The notes below the pieces were generated by a model. It worked only from the letters and a program-made list of their open reading frames with translations, made no database searches and was not told where the DNA came from. Made by a program: the position numbers and the translations under genes. A stretch of DNA of 47,509 bases from Catajapyx aquilonaris (taxonomy: Eukaryota). Positions 26,300 through 40,218 of this stretch are shown here, piece after piece. Location of the stretch: positions 1 to 47,509 of the forward strand of contig JYFJ02003001.1 of assembly GCA_000934665.2 (NCBI GenBank), in the 5' to 3' direction. Positions within the stretch are counted from its first letter, which is position 1; each line of letters starts with the position of its first letter.

Positions 26300-26910
26300 T
26301 TGATATCCTTCACCCACAAGATGCGGGCAAGGTCCTTCACGTTTTTCCCAGAGGCATCCTTTACTTTGGTGAATTCCTGATTAATATTCTTCCCGCATCC
26401 TCGAGTATAACTCATTAAGTTATGGACGCCATTAGCGACGAGTGTCCTCATCAACAAGGTTGCAGTCAAAATTACTAATACGGCATTTATATGCAAAAAC
26501 TTGTAAGATATAGTGATTACATGTGTCCTTCGTCGTTGTTAACAGGCTTAATCTTCACACATGGTGAGTCTGCCCTTCCGGTGGAAGATCCGATATTTAA
26601 ATTCGACAATGTGAGTTCCGGGCCTATTAATGTGCTTCTCATAATTATGCCGACAATCTTTGCAATCAGAGCTGCTCCTTTGAATTATTATTATATTATT
26701 ACATAGCAATCTATATTAGCTTCCACAGCAATCCCTATCAAAATGTTAAAAATCATTTTCAGCGCATATCGAGAAAAATATTCAAAACAGAAAGGCACTC
26801 CTATACGCCAGTTGCATGTCAACCAAGACAATACAGCGTCATTCTTGAGAGTGAGCGTGTCTAATCTCTGTGGGTGACAAACAGGATGTGACAAAGAACC
26901 TATCCCTGTT
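26300..26910 (+). mobile_element. Decayed LINE reverse-transcriptase fragment
   Basis: VFPRGILYFGEFLINIL (GVPQGS-like), HNYADN at ~26640-26657 (YADD-like) and ESERV*SLWVT..KNLS (VKLLGVTIDxNLS-like), in the expected order. Confidence 0.45.
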
Positions 26911-27339
26911 TTTGGCCCGGTTTTTTAACTGCGTAATTCCAGAGCTATTTGAACAGTGACCATCCAACTATCTTGTCATTTCGTCACGATACTCTTGACG
27001 TGAGCTGTTTCTTCTCGGATCTGATGCAAAAAATATATTTGCTGCCGGCTTGATAAAATAATTATGACGTCGGTATACGGATGAATATTAAAAAGGATAC
27101 TGTGACACGCACGCTTAAGTTGCTTGACCAGTACCATTCTTCTAGAGACGTGGCAATAAAGTCAAACTAGTTTGACGTCATATAAAGTGTAGGAATACGT
27201 GTGCACATACTACGTCATACCTTCTGGACAACAAAAAAAACCTTGCTTGTCAGGCTCGTAAAATAGACAAGCCAGACTGACGGAAAATTGGTGCGAATTT
27301 TCAGCAGCTTGTGTTGAAAATCATTCCTTTCCAAACTCC

Positions 27340-27645
27340 AACAATGTATCTCATCCATCCAAGGTTGTTCAGAAAAGCACCCATTGTATATAAAAGTATT
27401 ACAAATTGTCTACTTGACAAGTAGAAAGACATGTCACGACAAGTAGGATGACCCCTCCCGAATGTTTCCCAACTCTTTGGAAGGAATAAATCACCTTGGT
27501 GCAGTGACACAATGATGCACAAGATGATGAACAAGGCCATTGATTGCATCCGTTTATGTCTCCTACTTCCTGTTTATCGCACCATCAGCTCAATAACTGC
27601 CTATGAATGTTGCAGAAGCCTAACCTACCCATTTGTAAGTCCCCT
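27340..27645 (+). mobile_element. Decayed LINE (CR1/L2-like) ORF2 C-terminal fragment
   Basis: With frameshifts and stops it reads KVVQKSTHCI..., KDMSRQVG*P, TMMHKMMNKAID, YRTISS..LPMNVAEA. This is collinear with the LINE ORF2 tail pattern (VQRRAARF; MLxxLGWP; LYKIVN; PRTIxxWNxLPxxVVxA). Confidence 0.65.
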
Positions 27646-30600
27646 TTTGGTCCAGCAGTGACCAGAGGGTAAACTGTGGGTCAGCACACATTCACTTGGC
27701 TCCATTATTGTGTTAGCGACTTGTGTTGTTCACCCTCCATCGAATATATGCTGCTCTGCCAATAGAATCAAGGCCCCCCTTTGTTAACCAAATCGAAATG
27801 TTATGCATACAGGCAGCAGCAGCAGTCACTCAGTGAATCGCTCTGCACGTTTTTGTGGACGATGCACTACGAACTCTTGTCATGTGAACTGCATAACCTT
27901 TTCCTCAAACTTTTTTTTTCTGTCTTGTTTGTTAGCGTACTGGCTCAATAAGAGCTTAGACCAGGCAGGCGACGATTGGTTTCAGGGGCAACGGAGTGAA
28001 ACTGAAAGAAGATAGCAAGTAAAGGTCTTCCCCACAACCAACTCCACCAAACCAGCCTCCATGATGGATGGACATGTCAGAAAGACTAGTTTGGAGGGTT
28101 TAGTTTGGGAAAGCCAACAACCTGCTTCACATCTCAACAGCCCCCCCTCGAGGAAAATTTCTTCGCAGAATTCAGTGAAAAGTCTTTAGTGTACCAGCAC
28201 ATGTGACGTAACATCCTTTGCTTTCTTTTGGGAGAAATCAACACCACAAAACGTGACTCCGTGGTCCCTACGACATTCAATCGTACATGTTCGTTTCTCG
28301 ACAACATTCCGGGTATGGCAAAAACCAGATGGCCATCAGATGAGTTGGGTGAACCCCCCCCCCCCNCCCCCATGAGGGATGGTCAGCCCAAATTTTTCCA
28401 AGAACGCAGTCAGCCAGGGAAAAAGGCAGCCAATAAATGTTCGCGTAAATCAGGACCCAGGGTGATTTGGGTGAAAACACCGTCGAAGGCCTGTAGTCAA
28501 GTTACAAGTTAGAGCAACCCAGCTGCCCCTGATTTGTGATACGAGTTAACACTTCCTTTTTTCCATCTCCATTCAAGCCCCATTTACTTTATGAACGAAC
28601 CGCAGAATTTCACCCCCCACATACGTTCATAAGCACATATCGACTAACTACTACGACGCAAACCAACACAAAGTCATCCGGTTTGAAAGGGAGTGCGTGC
28701 AAGTGGAATGATTATGACGCCAATCAAGCGCGGTAATTGATAATTCACTGCCGCTAATGCCTCTGAAAATATTCCCCACTTGTATAGCCAGAGGGCCAAC
28801 CACCATGTCCATCCAATTTCTTTTCAGGAATGGACAACGTTACCAAAGCCCCCATTGGCAATCTGGCCAACATGACATGACTTTCTTATCTATACGTGAA
28901 GGGACTGAAGGCATTCGGGCACAAGCAAGTCCTTTTTTTCCCCTCTGGACTAAGAAAGAGGTCGAAGCCAATAAGTAACAGAGGAACCTCTTGTTGGTGC
29001 CGTAACCCGAACCCAAGCAGGGTCCGGAGATGGTTCCCCCCACCCCAGGGACTCCCTCCCGCCCGGATGGATGATCAACGCCGACACAAGATGGATATCC
29101 AACCTTGCTCACTGCCCGCCCAGGATCCCAGGATAAAGAGAAGGCCCTTGGTTGGTCGGTTAGATGGTTGGCCCCATCCTGCTGCTGTAGGACTTTTGGC
29201 AGTTTGCCCTGCTTCGTTCCAGCCAGCCTTCCTTCGTCACTCGGCCTGCGAGGGTATTCGGTTTCTTTCTCAGCTGGAATTCTTCGGGGCCGTAGCCTAG
29301 CCAACAGATGGACAGCTAGCATGGATGGACGGATTATCTTTTCTGCCAAATGTCCCATCCCTTCTCTAAACACGTCTAACCTAGGGATCGTGTTACCCAG
29401 CTGACTTTTTCGCGTCCCAAAAGTATGTCTTGTATAAACATGCCTGGATGATATAAGGTTCAACCAAAACAGTGGCTCATAGTTTCAAAATATGCTGCTG
29501 ACCAAGCTGCTGACTTCATGACCTCAAAATGTTTTGGAAAAAAAACAACAACAGTGAAATAATAAATATGGTACACGACCCCCCCCCCCCCAACTAGCGT
29601 TGTTTACTTTTCATCTAAAAGTATTTCCTGAAAACTAATCAGAAATACCATCACCGTCACGATCAAGTAGGCAAATAGAAAGTGAAATGGAAGATTAACT
29701 GACCTATACACTAATCATTGGATACACACGCCTGCCCATTACATTGCCACATCGAGCGAAAAAAAAAAGCATACAGGTTCCTCCACTAGCTCCATCACCA
29801 GATCCACAGCCAAGTGTTACTCGAGAAATCTTGAAATCTTTGACCTCCAAACTTACAGCGAAATACGTCAGTAGATGACCGACTCTCGTTAAATCATGGT
29901 CACACCAAAATATCTGCCAGCAACATGCTGTAAGTCGCATTAGAAAAACCGATTCATCAGTATGTGCTACCTAGTATTGACTGCTGTTTATGTCCTGCCA
30001 AAATAAAATATTCGATAGAATTATTTAAAAACTAGTCCATCCTCATGCGATATCATCTCATATTCATCAAACGGTTAGTCTCGACCAGGGGATTTCACAG
30101 TACGCGTGGAGCATATGCAAATAGCAATTACAGACTTCAAAGGTCGGCTGCTTAGCCGGAGGGACCTGCGAAACCTTTTGTAGCATAATATTTGAGATAT
30201 AATTTTAATATCACCCATGTTAGGACTCAAAATAGATGTGATTGCTTTAAAGGCAGACATGATACACCGTATAGCAAAGTAATCACACTGTCAGTGACCT
30301 CTTAGAAAATGTCACTTTGATGCTCTACTTTAAAGGCGATAGCAGTTATGGGTCGACTGATATACATGGTAGCAGGTCAAGGTCGGTGCAGCTTATCCAG
30401 GATGATTGACTAAAGACTGATACGATATTTCTCTCAGTGTACTGAAGAAATACACTGATTTACGTGCATAACAATGTCGCTTGTAAAAAAAAATCATAAT
30501 AAAATCTGATGCATAATTTATAAACTCCGCCATAGAGCCTAAATCAAAACAAACAATGCATATACTGTCAAATCTATTGATCGGTACGGTACGGTATTGA

Positions 30601-33442
30601 ATTCGGTCCATATGTCACTACCGGCAATGAAATCATTGGTTGACCCTGAAACACCACACGCAACTACAAGGGCACAATTACCTGACGTCACCGTCGTAGC
30701 GGTTAGTCACTCGGTCTATACCCCGTCTGTTATTTATGCCCCCCCCCCCCCCCCCCCTCTTTTTTTCCTCCCTTGTCATTCTCCCTCTGTCAATGTTTGA
30801 CGCGTACATTCGATACAGTAATATAGAGTACCACTATTCTCTCGTGTGATCTAACCAATCTGTCGCTTACTGTACGTGATACTTCCCGCCGCTCGGTATT
30901 GCCACAAGTGAGTCTGACTAATCTAATTCTGATATAGGACTACGTTGCCGATTATTTTCTAGAAAGCCGCGGTCCGTCCTTCGGGCCTAGATTACCCGGT
31001 TCCGTAATCCCGCAGGATGTGGAAACAAGGATTTATTCTACAGAATTAGCTCAGATTACATGTACTACTCATGAAAACAGCTATTTTTAACGTACACGTC
31101 AAGTGTTTGAATGTTTTAAAAAGACGTAATGCAGGCACCAGGTCAACATCTTCCAGTAACAGTAACGTATGAGATAAAAGTACAATAACAGTTACAATAT
31201 AGCCTATACAACCAGTATCCTAGGTCAGTTAAGCACTACTTAACTGCCCAAGTATGACAAAACAATCGATGGTACTGCATTATAATCAAAAAATGTAACG
31301 CAAAAACTTCGCTTATAATGCAAATGAGCTTGCAAAATCTGAATGCAATTACGATTGCAAAATAATAACCTGACTCCCATAAAACATTCGGGATGTGCTC
31401 ATACTGTTACCTGTATGTCTGACTCAACATCCTTTTGTCGAAAGAATAAATATATGTGAAAAAATTCAGCACGGCCTTGAATGCATATTATTGGCGAAAA
31501 AAAAAGAGTTTCCGTCGACACCAAACGTGTTTTGTGCCACGCAGACCACCAGCTGGTAGTACAGCCAGAAGCGAGAGTTGTCAACCTCTATTTTCCCTCT
31601 TCATCAAACAATATAATGATTGTTCCGCACGTTTTACCACCCGCGTTATATTATTATACGACGGCAATGCGTGGGCGGGACAGGGAGGTACCAGGTGCAC
31701 CCGGTAAAACGTACATTTACCTCTGAGACATAAGTGTCAACCGTAATTTCCCACCGGCCAAACAATTAGCTTTCTCTAAATAGTGACAACCCTTGGCACA
31801 AATCTGGACGTGCAGGTTCCACAAGGATGGAGATTGGGTGTGGATTAAGTCCCCGACCAACTTTTTGGAGGTGTCAAGCGCCTTTCATCTGTGCGGAACC
31901 AATGACTATTCCAAATGGATAACTTATTTCCGAAACCTACTTAATCATTGGCCAAAATTGAGTCAAGCCCACGGGGCGATTCTCAGGTCACTTTCACGCC
32001 CGACACGGATTGAAGTACATATTTTTCAGCTACATAATTTTGCCTGCAGCCGACTTTCAAAGAAAAAGAAAACCAGGTCTTTTCTGGAACGCGCAGATTT
32101 AGTACACTATTTAAAAAAATAATCGATCGTGTAATTGATGAATCGGATACCCGTACCTCAGATTTATTTTTGGCCCGACTTATAACTTCACTGATGAATT
32201 TTTGTTACGGGAATATTGAAACTCTATCCAAATTAGAAACTTATATGGCCCGACCTCAAAGGTACTACCATTAACCACCTAAGGCCTTGTAGCAGTAATT
32301 ATTCACGTCGGTTGAAACCAACGTATAGCTATTCACAATTGTACGTTACTAAAGAAACTTCGCCGACTCAGGACAAGGTAGGCCGTGAGAAAATGTCCTA
32401 ACGTTAGACGTCTGCATCCCAGGCCAGCTCATTTGCTTCCATGCTTTGAGTACCATATCTGCATGCCTCCACGACACGCAACTGGGACTGCAATCACAGA
32501 ATCAAGTTAATGAGGGTCAATACGCACGAGCGCGTGCCAGCTCTAGGACCTTAAATTGATCACAAGTGAATCAACTGCTGACCTATAGTCTTCTACGCAG
32601 TATTATGTTCCTTATGGATTGACCACCGCTCCACTTAGCTGCGTCATGACAATATACCAACACGCATTGATGACCCAGCATATGCGCCAAACGACTCCCG
32701 AATATGTGGGTGGACAAAAAAAAAACGATGTTCACACGAGGTCCCTGCACATATGTGCCATACTCATCCCCGTCGGTGTAGTACTAACAGGCTCAGATTA
32801 CTTGCGTCGCAGTTAGCTGAAGATTCAACACGCAACATGAATCAGCCGAGATGGTCCATTGTGAGGGGCAATGTCCGGTATCCATTTCCCCGGTTTAAAA
32901 GCAATCAAGGCAATCAAGATTTTTGAACAATAAAAAAAACTAGCGCCATTGAATATCTATTCAGAGCTACGTAGTCAGCTCTCTCTTACGGCGATGATTA
33001 CAAAACCAGTAGAAAAAAACCCCCCCTCAAGTGATGAGTAACTGAGTAAGGGCAATTACAAAACGGGAGGTCCAGCCCCAGTTCGCAAAAATCCCACAAG
33101 CCACCCCGCTGTCATTCGCATGGCGTAACACGTGTTGTTTTTTCAATGAAGCGGCCTTACCAGAGGGCAGACCCCCAACCAGCTTTTTGGCCCGGAGTAA
33201 CCGGACCCTACTCTTTTATGCTCCCCAATGGTGCAGGCTTCCATTCTTTGGCCACAATTGGGCCCTCTCCGGGACCTTTTATTAAATGATGCCACTTTAA
33301 GGGAGTCACACTCCCCGCCTGATGACACTCGGTTGTTGAGCCCATTAGTGACGTCATACCACACATCATTAAATAAACCTGGAGCTTAGGGGAGGGCAAC
33401 TGGTATACCAGACCGAGCTTCTGGTTTCGACAAAAAACAATT

Positions 33443-33634
33443 TACATACGGCGAATTTAAATAAAAAAAATACATATGGCGAATTTAAATAAAAAATTAC
33501 ACATGGTGAATTTCTTTTTAAAACAATGTACTGTACATACAGCGAATTTATTTTAAAAAACAATGTACATCTGCTGAATTTCTTTTTAAAACAATGTACT
33601 GTACATATAGCGAATTTATTTTTTTAAACAATGT
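33443..33634 (+). repeat. AT-rich minisatellite, 6 units of 27-36 bp
   Basis: Units begin TACA(T/C)..., contain GAATTT, and end in an A-run or A-run + CAATG(TACTG). Confidence 0.85.
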
Positions 33635-34619
33635 AGGACCAACAGAATTTTGAAAATAAATTAGCATGTTATTCGAGCGGTCGGATGATGTCTTGTGCAA
33701 AAATTATGTCATATGCGAATGACCCGGTAGCGGAAAATGGTGTTATCGTCGATAAACTTTGGGGCGAGCGTTGAAGTCCCGTTATTTCGCAATTGTAACC
33801 CAACAGTCATTCACAGCGACCAATGTCAAATACTGTTCACTATTATTCCTCGCCAGTGAAAAAGTACCGTATATTCATAACTCGGTGGCACGCAAGTTTT
33901 TTTTTTCCTGTGAATCTCACAAAACATGCACTTCCTCCCGTGCATTTTGCATGGATGAATCGAATAATTTAGGGGGATGCTAAATTGCTTTATTTTTCAG
34001 AGGCGGTCTGTGGAAGTGCATAATGACGTAACGACCACATATGTAAGGGTGCGGGTGTTGAGTCCTCGTCATTCACTATGCACTTGAGCCCGTTTTTTTT
34101 TTTACAATTTTTTGCTGGGCCACTTATTGCTCTAAGATATTTTTTGCCTGGTGCTATAAACTGCATGGAATGCTGTGGGCAAGAGAGGCCCTTTGAGGCC
34201 AGAAAAAAACAGCCTGTTAACCCACATTGGAAACTTGAGAGCGTTTGCAATAAAGCTGACGTTTATATCACGTCGTTATACAGGCATTAAAAACACATCT
34301 TTGCTCATAAAAATAAGCTGTCACTACTCATCAGGAGCTTGATGAATGATATAATGCTCGCACCATTCTTGGCGTCATATAAATAATACTTGAAATAAGG
34401 CACATCACTCCTGGCTTAAACATGATGATGATGTAGACCTGACTCGTGTGACGAAAAGTTTTCCGAACATCAGTTTAATATCAACAATGCTACAAACACT
34501 TCAGGAGTGATGTGACTGCTAGCTATAGTGGCCTTACTCGTACCTGAAAAATTCAAAACAAATTCTAAAATATCCACAAATATGACAATTTTGTCCTATG
34601 GCTTTAGTTGCCTCAAAAC

Positions 34620-35135
34620 ATTTTTCCCCCCATGAAGTTGGTGATGCAGCCAAAGCGGGTAATTCATCAGCCATTTTTCAAGGGTTTTGTACTGTACTAT
34701 ATTAATGCTGCTCAGTTCAAAATAGGTTGGATTTTCTGCTTTCTGTGACTCAAGGAATGGAAAGTAAAGTACTAACCCCCACAACGTTGTGTCCAAAAAT
34801 CGCCCCCAATCTTTTGCAGCTCTGTCTCATTTTCAGTCCAGTTTTTCTAGTAAAGAATAAAGCTATATACACATTGAGCATTTGTAACTCGACCCATATT
34901 AGAAGGTGCTAATATTCCACGCATAGTGAAATCCCCATTCTCATCCAGTAAAAATAAATGAGTCCACATACCTACAGCAGTTACGGTTTGCTCATATCCG
35001 CCAATTTGTGTGGTCACCAACTTGAAAGATATTACGGTAGGACAGTGTTGTGTCCTTGAACACTTGTGAACTGGGCCAAAAGGCGCTACCATGTCAATTC
35101 TAGTCTCTGTCTCGCATCGCGATTATTTTCATTGT
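34620..35135 (-). mobile_element. Decayed LINE AP-endonuclease fragment
   Basis: Minus strand, with frameshifts: KIIAM..ET (IIALQET-like), GILAPSN (IYAP-like), IGGDF immediately followed by TTLWG (GDFNAHHxLWG-like), LEKWLMNYPL..SPT, all collinear. Confidence 0.5.
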
Positions 35136-37163
35136 CCTATTCTATTTCACGTGATTCATATAAGGGTTACATCATTCATGGCCAATTATTTCAGTTCCTT
35201 TTCACCTTCCTCAACACAATGGTTGAAAACAATATCTTAGGACTTTTGTAGAAATGGTTTTCTATACATATAGCTTCACGGTTATCCACATGGCTTCAAA
35301 ACAAAATATTCTGGCATCATGTGTCCAATACTGTACTTTTCATAATCTGTTTGCATCATGCAATAATGGTCCGTGTTTCCTTTTTTTCTGTCAATTTTGT
35401 CCGGGATAGCAGCTTATAGGACTTTGTCACATAGGATTGATAATTTCCCCCTGCCTCACTTGCGTCCCCACAATCAACATCATGCTTTTATTCGTCATTG
35501 GTAACGCTCAGCTCAATATATCCCTAAGTGCCAAGTGTTTTAGGTTGCATGATCTGAATCAGCAAAGCAGCTGACCATAAATTAAGGGTTCTATTTATGG
35601 ATCAATGTCAATGTAACTCTATACACAAGTGTCCTTCGATAGTTGTAAAATTAAACTTACTGATTGTGCAACCACGATGCAGAAGTACTCAATTCATAAT
35701 TGCATGTACTGTACGCGTTAGGCCTATTGGAGCAAAACATAAAATGTCGTAATAAAAGACAACGCCGAGGAATTAAGCCACTGCACTGGTGAAATCAGGT
35801 GTACACTTCAATCCCTATGACGGCAATGGTAATTACAGATCATAACCACTGTTTCGGCAATTGTAAAGCGGCTAAGCTACACTGGCCTACACCAGTTATT
35901 TGCTACCAAGCGTGGACAGATGGCGCACTGCACAATCGAGTGTATGTTAATTTTGTATTAAAATATCGAATGCGTGTCTGACTCACGGTAAACATGGCCT
36001 AAACGGTGAACATATGTTATAAATATTTACATGTACACTCATCATCTATGAAAACTATATTTGACATGGGAAACAAAATATTTACATGAGAAGATAGGGC
36101 CTACCAAGTGTTGCCATGCCCATTCAGGTTTTTCAAGCCCTGTAATGTATCCAGGCAGATGTACTACAGGCTACGTACAGAAGCACATTTGGATCAACTC
36201 CAACGCAATTGTACAAGTCACAAGAGTTCAAGTATATAAAACAAAAATGACTTACTAATGTTGTGATGAGGGGACATGCTCTTGCCGTGTTTTTAATATT
36301 CTCCAACCCCAGGTGGGTGTACTCTGGTTCGCCGGCCTAAAAATAGGAAAACATAAATTAGTTATTATGCTAGAAACTGACTGTGGTTTTGGTCACAGTG
36401 CATTTTCCATGTAACGCAACATGGTGAACGGTCCATTAAAGTTAGCGAAATAACGTCAAATTAATTGCAGGTTAGAACTAATCACCCTATCTCCCTCGAT
36501 CCCTCTCTCTTTGGTCACTGTCACTGACTTGCACTTGGTTTTGACCCAGTTTGTCGACCTAGAACTCTGGTAACCCCTATTCGCCTTCAATCCAACGGAC
36601 CTTTTTCAGGCGAGCACTTTAGCACGGCAATTACGTTATGCGCCATTGAATTTGCGCTTTTTTTTTCAGGCACTACAATTGGAGAAAACGCGCCAATTTC
36701 ACCATATCCAGTCCCAACCTGTTGCAGTGCATGTGCAGTGTGTCATCCTGATTAATTTTAACATTGGGGGCGTATTCAATTAGCCAATGATCTGCCATCT
36801 TTATCGCCACTAAACGTCTCATCTGAGCCACTAAAAATTCCGAAATGTAATAGTCACGCGAGGCAATAATTATTTTGTAAGACGAATTACGTAGTAAACA
36901 TCATTTCTTGCGTTACTTGCTAAATAAACTACTGCTATTTTTAATTTATGTATACTTTTCCGGACCGTGAGAAATTAATAATCCGAAATTAACAAGAGCC
37001 CAACAATCAAGAAAAGTCGTCCCAGCGGCAACATTCTTGTCATGATCCATGTGCAAGCTATTAAGTGATTAGAGCAAAAAATGAAAACAATGGTGTTCGT
37101 GGAGAATGAAGAAAACAGGAACCAGCATACGGAGAATTTCTCCCCGGTTGAAGGATGGAGTTT

Positions 37164-37210
37164 AAAAAAAAAGAAGAAGAAGAAGAAGAAAAGGAAGAAA
37201 AAAAAAAAAA
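37164..37210 (+). repeat. Poly-A/(AAG)n purine tract
   Basis: A-run, (AAG)6, A-run. Confidence 0.85.
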
Positions 37211-37860
37211 CCTAAGCTCACGAAGCGCATCATCAAGGTCAGATGAATCACGTTGGAAGCAAAATGAAATTGCGTAAGACTAATTCTAATCGCAGCTCCA
37301 GACGTCTTCCAACTTTGCGAAGTAATGACTATAATTCCGTCACTCATTCCGGCCACTGTAAACAGTTAAAAAAACTTTTTTGATTTTAAAAAATTATCAG
37401 TGAAGTAAAACAGTGCTCTATAAGCTAACTGCAATGACATTACTAACTATGTATCTAAAGTTGGTGCAATTAAGGGTATTTACTGTCTGGGTGCAACCGT
37501 ACTTAGATTTGTTTTTGTCAACTGGCGTGATAGTTCTGCAGCAGCTCTACTAGTTTTGTTTCTAGCCTTACTATCGCTCAGTCCTGTCATTGAACTTCCT
37601 TCCAAATTGGTCACACAATATCTCCCACATCCGGGAACTGCAGGGTGCAGATAGGCACTGTTTTCTCTTTCGTTTTTTTTTCATGCAGTCATAAAGCAGG
37701 GTTTAATTAAACTGTGTCAACACTATATGATATGTCCATAAACGGTATGGGCTAGAGTCAAGTTTTTCATTCAGGAAATTTAATCAACATATATGTTGTA
37801 CTATTTCCGACGTTTGGTTTTAGAACGATGTTCCAGAAAGGAACAACCAGGCTGCCCCTG

Positions 37861-37933
37861 GGTCCCTGGACGGGGATATGAACCCGGACCTACCTCCTAG
37901 AGAGGCGGTCAGGTGCTCAGTGCCTCAGTCCAC
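37861..37933 (-). mobile_element. Degenerate tRNA-like/SINE head
   Basis: Minus strand reads GTGGACTGAGGCACTGAGCACCTGACCGCCTCTCTAGGAGGTAGGTCCGGGTTCATATCCCCGTCCAGGG: box A-like start and box B-like GGTTCATATCC at tRNA-like spacing. Confidence 0.45.
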
Positions 37934-39887
37934 ATATACACTACCTTTCATAGTTTCCTATAGGGTCGGATTCTCAAGTAAAAAGTGGGTGTAGACGTTT
38001 ACGAGGGGGGTATTTCATGCCAAATCATCATGAGGTGTGCTTGTGAATTTGCGATTTAAAATATATTTTGCAGAGTGATAAACCCAACCCTTAGACCTTG
38101 AGTACCAAATATTCGCTGTCCTCAAGGTCAAGGTAAGTGAATATTATGTCCGGCACGGCAGCCACTTCTACTTGTGTGGTAGAACCTTTTCCATAGACCA
38201 ATTTGCGTATAGGTATTGTGTATTGAATATTGTGATAATCATTTCTACAGACTACCTCTTTTGTAATATATGTGCCATAAATAGACTACTCATTTTTACA
38301 AAAAAAAGTGCCATGATTTTCTGCCTTAAATTCACACTTATGAGGAGACGTATCTATGTCATACTTTACTTAATTTTAATATTTGCCATGAAAGAGCAAA
38401 AAGTGTGCATTCGGAAAACACATAATTTGTATTGTCACGAGGGAAAGGAAGGTCCCATGTTATTATAAGGCATGGTTTGACGCATGCGCAACGAGAGGAG
38501 CTATTTCCCTTATTCGCCCGAAAGCATCACCATTTTAGTATAATTTATTATGAAAATACTCTTTCTGCCCTTTCAGGATAGTCTACAGTAGGATTTTTAC
38601 TAGTTGTCTAACAGGCCCTTTTTTTTAAGCCTCAGTAGGACTACTGGCCAAAATCAACCTTCTTCAAATAGCAATTAACTTCTCCGAGATAATTCGTTGT
38701 AAAATATTGTTAATGTGGAAAATTATAAAACATGGCAATACGCTCCTCATAGCAAAAAAATATTGTAAAAAATTTAAATATGATTTTTCCTTAAAGTAAT
38801 GGTTAGTCCTATAGTAACCCACGAAAATATAATTGTAAACTGCTACAATTTTTTGCGAGTCCAGCCCATGGTGAAATCATTTATTACGCCGCTGATTACG
38901 CCCACAACCAGTGGCTAGTACATTTAATCACGGCAGCCACTGCGCCGCAAAATAATAGCACTGGCCGATTACTTTTTTTAAAGAAAAAAAAAACAAACAT
39001 TGTGCCCTAGTAGTGAATTCGTGACACGGTGTGGCAGCACAAACAAGCCACGCACCTTTCTGACTGTACACCCTGCCATCCTTTGGAGAGTGGTTGCACT
39101 TTGTGTGGGAACTGATCCTCTTAAGCTGAAAAAACTTGTGACAAAAAAAATCCGCACTTACACAATAGTAAGATGAATGAGTAATGCAACATGTCGAAAT
39201 CACTTTCGTAACCTAACTCAATATGCATTGTTTGAACCACGCAAGGGAAGATGTACTAGACCTATAAGCTACCTAGGCCTATAACAATTTTTGAGGACAC
39301 TATATGGTTGTCTTATGTCAATGAGTTCCTAAACTTAGTTATCAGAAAAAATTAAACTCTGCAAGTGCCGTATCTGTAAGACGTTAATTACAACTCAAAA
39401 TAAAACGCTCATTTATTTATTTACCAGTGACCATCAATAATGACGAATAATAAACCTACGTAATGCACCCAGTTCTTCTGGGTTGGACTGCAACATTATG
39501 TTAGTATGCTAATGGAGTAGGCATAGGCCTATATGATAGTTCCAATAATAATGTTTCAAAATGAAGGAAGAGTGTTTTTTTAAATAAAAAATAAATGCGA
39601 GGGTTGTGGTGTGCACATTGTCAATTTTTATGTGGTTGCTGTGTTACCAAAATAATATGCTGCATAATGTATGCATATACATTATACTGTATTAAACCAA
39701 TGTTAATGCAGAACATAAATGACTTTAAAAATTATGGCTTTGTAATTCTTGTGATTTGATTAATACATGTTAGTGCACCTGTGTATATAAGTGCGGGTGA
39801 ATGTGTGTCTGTGAGTAGGAGGAGGAAACACCCATCCCAAGTCATATACACTATGTGTCCAAAGTGACATATAGGTTACATGTGACG

Positions 39888-40218
39888 GGGGAGGTGTGGT
39901 GGCCGTGATGGTAACGTCACGGCTTGCTGAGTGAAAGGCCCCAGGTTCGATCCCCGCCTGGGGAACTTTCCTTTCACCTGCATCAGGAGGGTCTCTAGCC
40001 TGCACCAAGGAGGTGTCTGGCAACCTAACCTCCTGGGGGACAGCACATGACCCCTTTACCGACATTGCACTTGCACCAATGTTCCCTCCCCAAAAAATCC
40101 CCATCCCTACCCTACATCCTTGTCTCCTTGCACCGGTGTATGAAGTTAAGGAGTGAAAATGGTGGTATCCCACCCCCCCTAAAAAGGCCAAGCCTTAGCA
40201 CGGGGTAACGTAAAAAAA
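39888..40218 (+). mobile_element. tRNA-derived SINE, apparently full length (~330 bp)
   Basis: Pol III box A-like TGGCCGTGATGG (39900-39911) and box B GGTTCGATCCC (39944-39954), then a body and an A-rich tail (40212-40218). Flanked by a 15-bp direct repeat with 1 mismatch: aggttacatgtgacg (39873-39887) / aggttacatgtaacg (40219-40233). Confidence 0.85.

Noticed and set aside
30960..31030. Compact GC-rich segment with GATTAC/GTAATC stem and faint twister-like words
   Set aside because: Stems are short and the pseudoknot residues are missing; it would need an Infernal hit to be credible.
32185..32245. CTGATGA...GAAAC hammerhead-like spacing
   Set aside because: Stem II pairs poorly, and there is no stem III closing with a UH cleavage site.
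33443..33634. CRISPR-like array
   Set aside because: Degenerate tandem units without unique spacers, eukaryotic context, no cas genes.
39891..39965. Functional tRNA gene
   Set aside because: Acceptor and anticodon stems do not pair properly, no poly-T terminator follows, and it continues into a body and tail bounded by a TSD.
39760..40191. 143-aa minus-strand ORF
   Set aside because: Lies antisense across the SINE.
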